The notes under the pieces are model-generated. The model searched no databases. It was given only the letters and a program-made list of their open reading frames with translations, and was not told the origin of the DNA. Shown here in pieces: positions 54,345 through 64,000 of a stretch of DNA of 64,000 nucleotides. This DNA is from Octopus vulgaris (lineage: Eukaryota): the NCBI GenBank assembly GCA_951406725.2, contig OX597824.1:33232001-33296000 (forward strand), in the 5' to 3' direction. How positions within the stretch are numbered: the stretch's first letter is position 1; each line of letters opens with the position of its first letter. A program made the position numbers and the translations under genes.

Positions 54345-56125
54345 CTTCGTATATCACCCATAGTAACTTCTTCGAAATGGTTTTTTGGGGTAAGGAAAAG
54401 CCTAAAAGAACAACTATAGGTTGGCACTCTATAGATCAAAGTGATGGAGCTTAAGAACAAAGAAGGGATCATGTTAACAGACAAAGGGAAGTTGGAAGAA
54501 GCATGCAACACCTGCACCAAAATATTTAAATCAGTAGTGAAGCTCGATCCTCCTCCGTCATACATGTTGGAAGAAGTGCCACCTATTACTCGTCTGTGAA
54601 TTTGAAAATGCCTTCAAGCTGATGAACGTGGACAAAGTTCCAGGGGGAAAATGGCATTACAGAGATGTTAAGGAGCAGAATTAAAAACTGAGGAAATCCT
54701 CGTTCTATACTTCAATCACTATCTAAAGGAGGGTAAAATGCCCTCACTGCGGAAAGAGTCGATTATCATTTTGGTTCATAAGAAGGTGATAAAAAAGGCG
54801 GCGAGCTGGCAGAATCGTTAGCACGTCGGGCGAAATGCTTAGCGGTATTTCGTCTGCCGTTACGTTCTGAGTTCAAATTCCGCCGAGGTCGACTTTGCCT
54901 TTCATCCTTTCGGGGTCGATTAAATAAGTACCAGTTATGCACTGGGGTTGATACAATCGACTTAATCCGTTTGTCTGTCCTTGTTTGTCCCCTCTGTGTG
55001 TAACCCCTTGTGGGCAGTAAAGAAATAGGTATTTCGTCTGCCGTTACGTTCTGAGTTCAAATTCCGCCGAGCTCGACTTTGCCTTTCATCCTTTCGGGGT
55101 CGATAAATTAAGTACCAGTTACGCACTGGAGTCGATGTAATCGACTTAATCCGTTTGTCTGTCCTTGTTTGTCCCCTCTATGTTTAGGCCCTTGTGGGCA
55201 ATAAAGAAATAAGAAGGTGATAAAAAAGATTTTAAAAAAAGACTCTCGCTTCATATGTTTTTGTCTCACTTCTATAAGCTATTTACAAAGGTCGTAGTCA
55301 GACAATCTAAATACCTCAATGACCAGCAACCGAGGAAACAAGCAGGTTTCAGTAAGAACCACAGTGGGATGGATCACATATTCAGTCTAACACAGCTTGT
55401 AGAGCAAGCGAATGAATACAAGCTGCCTCTTGCGTCGCTTTCATCGATTACGAAAAGGCCTTTAATAGCATCAAGATGAATGCTGTGGTGAAATCTCTGG
55501 AAATGCAAGATGTCGAGGCGCAATACATCAAACTGATCTGAGATGCGAACTCTGGATGTACTACAGATATAGCTCTACTGTCACCACCAGTAAGAATCCC
55601 AGCAGGGAAGGGCGTCAAACAAGAAGATATCTCTCCAAAGTTCTTTACCGCATGTCTAGAAATGTTCGTCAGAAACATTGATCGAACAGATGGCATGCAC
55701 ATTAGTGGCGAGTTACTAACACATCTTCTATTCGCAGATGACATTATACACATCATCGAAACCACAGATCAGCTGCAGACCATACTGACAGAGCTGGACA
55801 CCCATGGCTCAGCAGTATGCCTTAAATTGAACCACATGGAAAAAAAAATACACGCGGTCCAAAGACGTAACACAAGACTGAATAAAGGTAGGAAGCGATG
55901 AAATCAAGGCAGTAAAGGAGTATGTCTACTTAAGGACACAATGAATATGCGCCGAGACATGGACGCTGAGATCACGCGGAGAATAAGGGCAGGATGGAAG
56001 ATGTTTATCTCGATTAAAGATAATCTCAAAGTAAAGTTGGACAAGACCCTACATGCTAGTTTCTTCAGTGACACCGTCTTAACTGTGCTCTTATACGCAA
56101 GTGGGCATGAACTACTACGAAGTGG
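54345..56125 (+). mobile_element. Degraded RTE LINE reverse transcriptase, interrupted by a SINE dimer
   Basis: QPRKQAGF, DHIF, FIDYEKAF, GVKQ.D.SPKFF, LTHLLFADDI, EITRRIRAGW motifs across frameshifts. Confidence 0.88.
54798..55208 (+). mobile_element. SINE family A head-to-tail partial dimer with 20-bp TSD
   Basis: TSD ataagaaggtgataaaaaag (54778-54797 / 55209-55228); similar dimers at about 53940-54325 and 61172-61500. Confidence 0.9.
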
Positions 56126-56939
56126 GACAAATGTTTTTTTCATTTTCCTTTTGTTTTATAGATAGGGGAGATAACATCATACGTGTTTCTGCCGTATTAT
56201 GAAGTATAGTCCCACAGCATTTTGCTGAAATAGTAGCCGTTAGTCGGCATAAACAGTTTAACAGCTCTAGCAATTGCAATAACGAGAAACACGGGAGTGT
56301 TTGGTATTAGTAATAACAAAACTAGTTCCTTGACTTGACTGAAATTTACTAAACCATAATCTAAAGAATTATTTGTTAAGATCTGTTTTTCCGCCCCGGA
56401 CGACGCTTTTATGGGAGCAGCTGTATAGGGTCTACTGTGTAAGCTTCTATAAGTTTAGGGGACCGAGGAAGGGGCGGCAAACTGAAGAGCTGCCCCACGT
56501 GGCACTCCCTCTAGCTAAATAGTATCCATATCATTAAATAGTAGCCATATCTATGGAACATTCAGCCATGAGTAGATAGTGAGGTTTATGGAAAAACTGG
56601 ACACCCAAGCTCCGTTCTTGACGAGGAAGTCCATCATCATCATCATCATCATCCACACACATGTGGGAAAAGCCGGTGTAATAGAATGATAATGCACCGT
56701 TGTATTAATGTCCAATTAGAGTTCATAAATTACACAAATGCTCACTTCGCATTTCCTTAATTACGATAATCATGTAATGATGCAACAAGCACTGAAGTCA
56801 ATAAAACCGAATTAAATCGTTGACGGTGGGACCCAGTATGACTACAGTCCAGTGAATAAAACCCGTAAACGAAGATTAAAAGTAGAAAACGGGTGGTGTT
56901 TGGACCCAAGATAAGTGTGACCACTTGATGATGAAATGA

Positions 56940-57440
56940 AAGTAACCAATCAGCGACTTTTCCATCAATGGCTGGGATATCTCTATCTTCGACTTGGGAT
57001 TGACGAGAAATAATTGTAGAAATGTGTAGTAGAGAACACGTTACCCGGGAATACTACACCACAACGAAAAGAAAGACGGCAATCGAAATTCTCTGCATAA
57101 ACATAAATCAATACCGCACACTGTACTTACTGTTTTAGTATTAATACTAGCATTTGGGGTTATTGGACTGGACACGAGATGAGATCCGAGTCATAGATAT
57201 AAAAAAAAAAAGAAAAACAAAAAAAACCCGGGAAATTATTGATTCTATTGATTGCTGTAAACAATGATGAGGGGGTAGAGTGGAGGAAAAGACTTCTGAA
57301 GTAATTTTTCGCAGTGGATTGCTATAAATACACACCCAGTGTTGTTGGTGTCTTTTCAACTCAACACAATTTGGGAAGAAATATTTTCCGCATATTCGTT
57401 GATTGGTACAATGAAGAGTAGTAACTACTGTGATTGTATT
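56940..57440 (-). promoter_or_regulatory. Candidate promoter / non-coding first exon region
   Basis: Repeat-free island with CCAAT boxes (56944 AACCAATCAG; 57401 gattggt) and a minus-strand donor ACA|GTAAGT at 57131/57130; no expression evidence. Confidence 0.3.
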
Positions 57441-57475
57441 GGAGGATGTGATGGTATGTGATGGTATGTGGTGTC

Positions 57476-57925
57476 GGCGGATGTAAAGTATGTGGACCGC
57501 ACCCACTTTCGTTATTTATTCATTTATTTATTTATTTATCTATTTATTTACAGAATCCCCCATTTTCGAGTACGGATATTCTGATTCTGCAAAAAAACCC
57601 CAGCATTTAAAAATTTTAATTGCCCCCTTGTACCCCACCAAATTCTTCATTTTTCACTTTTTCAGAATTTTTTTTTTTTTTTTTTTGCGAAATACGTAGA
57701 AAAAATACAGAGATTATGATTGTCAAAAAACAAAAACCCTGAAAAAGTGAAAATTGAAGAATTCGGGGTGGATGGGAGAAATTAAAATTTTAAAATGCCG
57801 TTGTATTTTTTTTTTTTTTTTTGCAGAGTCAGTATTTCCGTACTCGAAAATGGGAGATTTTGTAAAAAATAAAAAGATTTAAAAAATAACGAAATGGGGT
57901 GCGGTTAACATTCTTTACGTCCGCC
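57476..57925. mobile_element. Fold-back MITE with approximately 190-bp TIRs and a degenerate 9-bp TSD (Mutator-like)
   Basis: GGCGGATGTAAAG.../...CTTTACGTCCGCC; flanks tgtggtgtc / cgtgatgtc. Confidence 0.75.
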
Positions 57926-58336
57926 CGTGATGTCATTAAGCTAAACAAGTATTAGCTTTAAAATAAATACGCTCTCAAAGAGCACGCTTTGCAACCAGGT
58001 GGCTTTTAGTTTAGTCCTACAGCGCGATACCTTGCGCAACTGTCTTTTACAATGGCCCTGGGTCTATCAATGCCTTATGATAGAGTAGGGAAGTTCATCG
58101 TCTGTATATTATGTATATAATATTTTTATCTTTTATTTGTTTTAGTCGTTGGACAGCGGCCATGCTGGTGCACCACCTTGAATTTTTTAGTCGAATGAAT
58201 CGACCCTAGTATATATTTTTTAGACCTGGTATTTATTCTATGGGTCTCTTTTACCGAACTCTTAAGGTATGAGGACGTAAACAAACAAACACCAGTTGTC
58301 ATGCAGTGGTGGTGGGAGGGCAAGCACAGACACAAA

Positions 58337-58389
<53 letters not shown>

Positions 58390-59617
58390 ACACACACGAG
58401 GGGAGCTGAAAAGATCCTGGCTTTAATGGTATCGTAAAAGGCTTGGCTGGAGGCCCAAACTTCCGAGTTCTTTTACAGGGCTTTGAAAAGCTGAAGTACT
58501 TCTGCAATACGCGTGTGAATCTGGGAGGGGAATCTGTTGAATAAAATCATAATTAACAGATCTTCCAGTATTTTTAGCACTCCTATATATTCCCAGTACT
58601 CGTATATATTTCCAGTACTCTTTCTTCCGATTGTCAATACAAAATGAGTGTGTGTGTGTGTGTTCACGTCGCTTGACAGCTTTTAAATGGGGGAGACCCC
58701 ATTCGGTCATAAATGACCATGGGATTGCACCTAGAAAGTTACCCTCAGAGGTACTAGTCCGGGCAAGGTTGTTTATGGAAGGCCAGCAGTCGCCCATGCA
58801 TACCACCCTCCCCTCTCCACACCACTGATGTTATCCAAGGAAAAGGCAAAGGCCGATATAGCTTGGCACCAGTGATGTCGCAACTCATTTCTACAGCTGA
58901 GTTAACTGGAGCAACGTGAAATAAAGTGTCTTGCTCAAGAACACAACACGCAGCCCGGTCCGGGTTTCGAGCTCACAACCTCACTATCGTAAGCTCGACG
59001 CTCTAACCACTGAGCCATGCGCCTTCACTTGACAGCTTACATAATTGATATTAAGTACCAGTTTGAAAAAAGAATAAGTACTGAAGTCGATTTCTTCAAC
59101 TAAGACCCCTTCAAGGTGGTGATCCAGCGTGACCGCAGTCCATTGACTGAAACTAGTAAAACAATCAATTTAGATATCTGCTAATCTTCTCTTGAATCAT
59201 TTTCTGATTCTTGTGAATATAACACAGCCACAAATGGCCCATTCATGGATTCGAGGGAGGGGAAAGTAAAACAATCCCAGCCTTAAAATCACGTCGAACT
59301 TCTTTTCTTCTTTTACGTGTTTCACTCATTGGTCATTTCTAAGCCTGGTACTTATCCTTCAGCCGAACTACTTAAACAAACGAACACCGGTTGCCAAGCG
59401 GTGTGTTGGGACAAACACAAGCACACATTCACACACGATAGATCGTTAGCCACTACACTCATTTTTTTCTCTCCTTGTTTTTTCTGTGTCCCTTTCTGTA
59501 GAAGAGCGTAGGCTCGAAACATAAAATACTTTTTCTATTCCTAAGCGTGAAACTAATACATCTGTTTGTTTTGTACACCACCTGTCTTCGTCTTTTGTCT
59601 TTTTCATAAACTCTCCC

Positions 59618-59679
<62 letters not shown>

Positions 59680-60187
59680 GACCCCCTTCGGTCATGGATG
59701 ACCATGGGATTGCACCTAAAAGTTACCCTCCGAGGCACAAGTCTGGGCAAGGTTGTTTATGGAAGACCAGCAGTCGCCCACGCATACCAGCCTCCCCTCT
59801 CCATGCCACCGATGTTATCCAAGGGAAAGGCAAAGGCCGATACAGCTTGGCACCAGTGATGTCACAGCTCATTTATTAACGTGCAAGTGGCTGAGCACTC
59901 CACAGATACGTGTACCCATAACGTAGTTCTCGGGGAGATTCAGCGTGACACAGAGTGTGACAAGGCTGCCCCTTTGAAATACAAGTACAACAGATATAGG
60001 AAGAAAGAGTGAAAGAAAGTTGTAGTGAAAGAGTACAGCCGGGTTTACTACCACCCCCTGCCGGAGCCTCGTGGAGCTTTAGGCGTTTTCGCTCAATAAA
60101 CACTGACAATGCTCAGTCTGGGAATCGAAACCATGATCTTACGACCGCGAGTCCGCTGCCCTATCCACTGGGCCATTGCGCCTCCAC

Positions 60188-60233
<46 letters not shown>

Positions 60234-60415
60234 AAAGACGGCTTCCACGCAGTTTCCATTTACCAAATTCACTCACAAAGCATTGGTGTACCTGGGTTTA
60301 CAGTAGAAGTCACATGCACAAGATGCTGCGCAGCGGGACTGAACCCGAACCAGCGCGTGGTTGTGAAGTGATCTTAACCACAGAGTCATGCCTTTGCCTA
60401 TGTCAGGAAAGGAAT

Positions 60416-60471
<56 letters not shown>

Positions 60472-63400
60472 AGAGAGAGAGAAGGTCAGTGGGTGATTAC
60501 TAAATGATCATTATAGGCATCGAATGGCAATTCCTATCCATTTGGCTTTATTGATCGCTAACTAACCATTTCTGCAATAATCACCTCCATAACTTCAACA
60601 CATCAACTGTGAACATAGGAGTGGGGTACAGGGGAGTGCGGCGCGTGTCGAAATTTACGCGGATATTTCTATTTTCTATTCTTGTATATATTTTGCTTGA
60701 AATTCGATTGTAAAATAATTGAATGATTGAACGAGTTGCAGCTGAAGTGAGAGATTTTTAATTTATCAAATTAAAATCTTGCTAATGCATCTTTTATGTC
60801 CATTTATGCATTTAAAACTGTGTCGGATGAGACAAACAATAAGCAATAGAAACCGCTTATTGCCATCATTTTGGGACGAAGTTTGTTATAGTGTCTTTTT
60901 TTTATATGACCATAAATGGCAGATAACATTAAACAAATAGAGAATCTAGCCCCACTAATTTTCCTTTGTGCTATAGGCACAAGGTCTAAAGGTTTGGGGA
61001 AGAGGACTAGTCAATGATATTGACCCCAATGCTCGACTAGTTCTCAACGACTAGGAAAGGATGAAAGGCAAAGTCGAACTCGGCGGGCTTTGAATTCAGA
61101 ACGTAAAGAGGAACGAAATGTCGATGCCCCACTAATTTTGATAATAGCTGGCTGGCTGGCTGGTAATCTAAGGCGGCGAGCTGACAGAAACGTTAGCACG
61201 CCGGGCGAAATGTGTAACCGTATTTCGTCTGCCATTACGTTCTGAGTTCAAATTCCGCCGAGGTCGACTTTGCCTTTCATCCTTTCGGGGTCGATTAAAA
61301 AGTACCAGTTACGCACTGGGGGTCGATATAATCGACTTAATCCCTTTGTCTGTCCTTGTTTGTCCTCTCTGTCTTTAGCCCCTTGTGGGTAGTAAAGAAA
61401 TAGGTAGTTCGTCTGCCGTTAAGTTCTGAGTTTAAATTCCGCCAAGGTCGACTTTGCCTTTCATCATTTCGGAGTCGATTAAATAAGTACCAGTTACGAT
61501 TAAACTTCTTCCCTCAAAAATTGTTGTCCTTGAGCCAGAATTGGAAAGAATAGTGTCTATATAGTCACCATTACAATATGAGAAATTCAGAAAACAAAAC
61601 TAAAAATATAAGGATAACCTAGCGGAGTTTATGGGAAAACGTAGGCAAAAAGTATATAGTTTTATTAGAAACATCAGAACACTTCCATGTGGGCTCCATT
61701 GTTTGCGAGGAAAGTTGATTAATGGATCTGAACTTTGGTATAGTAGATTGCGGAGGTGGTTAGAGCATCAAACTCGCGGTCGAGGGATCGCGGGTTCGAA
61801 TCTCAGACCGGGCGATGTGTGTGTTTATGAGCGAAACACCTAAGCTCCACGCGAAAAAGGGCGGCGAGCTGGCAGAAACGTTAGCACGCCGGGCGAAATG
61901 CGTAGCTGTATTTCGTCTGCTGCTACGTTCTGAGTTCAAATTCCGCCGAGGTCGACTTTGCCTTTCATCCTTTCGCGGTCGATTAAATAAGTACCAGTTA
62001 CGCACTGGGGGTCGATATAATCGACTTAATCCGTTTGTCTGTTCTTGTTTGTCCCCTCTGTGTGTAGCCCCTTGTGGGCAATAAAGAAATAAGATTGCGG
62101 AAGTTGTAAAGATAATTTATAAACAAATTTATTTGCGATGCGACTTCAACTATGTTACGTTTAGAAAGCCCACTCAATGGTCATAACGCAACGCACAACC
62201 CTTAAATTTGTAGAGAAATTGGCAGAGTCGATTGAACCGTCGCAAGTATTTGTCTGGTGCTATTCTGTCAATGAGTAGGCAGAAAGACGAAACTAGATGC
62301 AGTTAACCTAGAGGACAATCGTTTCCAGAATTCAATCTTTTATTTTTTTCAGTAACAGAAAGAATGGTTTCTTATTTAAACACGAGACCAACAAGTTTTG
62401 AAGGAAAGGGCTAGGCAATACCATTGACTCTAGTACTCGACTGGTACTTTTCTTTATCGATATCTCCGGAGGGATGTAAGGCAAAGTTGAGCTGAACAGC
62501 ATTTGCACTTAGAACATAAAGAACCGAAAAAAAAGACAAAAGATACTGCAAGAATTTACTTCTGGCGCTTTGCTATTTCTGCTAGCTCACTGCCTCAGGA
62601 GCGGAAATAAATTTTAACTCTAATTGATCGGATGTAATTATTCTCTCAAGGGTGGGAGCATAGCTATTCAATCGACCCTAGTACTTCACTGTTACTTATT
62701 GCATCAGACTTAGATGGAATTGAAGGCCGAACATAAATATTAGTTACAAATCTTGGCACATGGACAGCAAGTTCCGTTGATTACATCGACCCCAGTACGT
62801 AAATGGTATTTATTTTATCGGACCCCGTGGGATGAAAGGAAAAGTCAACTTCGGCGGCATTTGAACCTAGAACGTAAAGACGGACGAAATGCCGCTAAGC
62901 GTTTTGCTTGGTGCGCTAACGATTCTCTCAGCTCACCGACTTCCCGAACATAAATATTGATTTTAAATTTTGGCACAAGGCCAGCAATTTCAGGTGAGGG
63001 GGAAGTCGATTACATTGCCCCCCAGGGTTCGACTGGTACTTGTTTTTTCTACTCTAGGCACAAAGCCCGAAATTTTGGGGGAGGGGCCAATCGATTAGAT
63101 CGACCCAGTACGCAACTGGTACTTTATTTATCGAACCTGAAAGGATGAAAGGCAAAGTCGACCTCGGCGGAATTTGAACTTAGAACGTAAAAACAGACGA
63201 AATTTCGTTAAGTAATTCGCCCGGCATGCCAGCTCGCCGCCTTTCCGAACATAAATATTAATGTAACTAATTGTCAAAAGGCATTTTATCCAGTACACTA
63301 CCGATTTTTATTCCACTGATTGTCCTTAAAATAATACGTAACCCGCAGACGAGAAACAAACCGTGCATCTATCGGTTGCCGTGCAACTATTCTCCAGATG

Positions 63401-64000
63401 AAACAAGAATGAATTTTTTTTTTGTAGCTAACATAACTTATTATACGAATGAAAAGACAGAAAGAAAATGATTAAAATATGTCTAAAGCCAGTGAATACA
63501 AATAAATAAATAAATAGAAAAAACTAACTGCCTTGAGTTTCGTGAGATAGTATAAAAGTAAAGTACAAGTTGATGTTGTAAAAGTAGTAAGAAGCAGAAG
63601 AGTATTAAAATAGGGTGATGGTACATTATTTACAGAGAACACGAATAATCAATAACTACCGAATGCAAGTAACTAATAAATATTTAAACTAGTCTCAATG
63701 AGAGAAAATAATCGATGGTTTTGTACAGCGTACTTCAATTTGGTGAAGTCTTCTCATTGTTTTTATTGAATCATAATTATTTTGTAGTTTTCTTGAGAAA
63801 ACTCAAATATTAGGCATTTAAACACAGGTATGGCTGTATGGTGAGAAATTTGCTTTTCAACCATATGGTTCCTGGTTCGTTCCCACAGCGTGGCGCTTTG
63901 GGCAAATGTCTTTTATCATAGCCTCTTGTGAGTGGATCTGGGAGACGGAAACTAAAAGAAGCTCTTTGTGTACACACATACACACACACATATATATGTA

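Overview
AT-rich, microsatellite-saturated animal genomic DNA. The SINE families look like Octopus/cephalopod repeats (recognised from memory, not searched). The only host gene I can support is a minus-strand SLC24 (NCKX, K+-dependent Na+/Ca2+ exchanger) gene. Six coding exons (33286-33135, 15401-15317, 11487-11384, 6490-6416, 2594-2515, 816-698; 615 nt, all AG/GT-flanked and phase-compatible) splice into one open frame covering TM1-TM5, the alpha-1 repeat and the start of the cytosolic loop. The N-terminal exon(s) and the C-terminal half appear to lie outside the window. The rest is intronic or intergenic: dozens of tRNA-derived SINEs, RTE/CR1 LINE relics, a dead mariner, several MITEs, Helitron and Penelope-like relics, and simple repeats. 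Nearly all ORFs in the supplied track are microsatellite or TE artefacts. The most notable unexplained structure is a set of type-I hammerhead ribozyme motifs of the Penelope type. Two have intact cores and lie on the sense strand of the NCKX pre-mRNA (29560-29650, 36852-36937). Most sit inside local inverted duplications that would base-pair over part of the ribozyme. There are also many long fold-back repeats and an ExxxLL sorting motif in the exchanger's loop.
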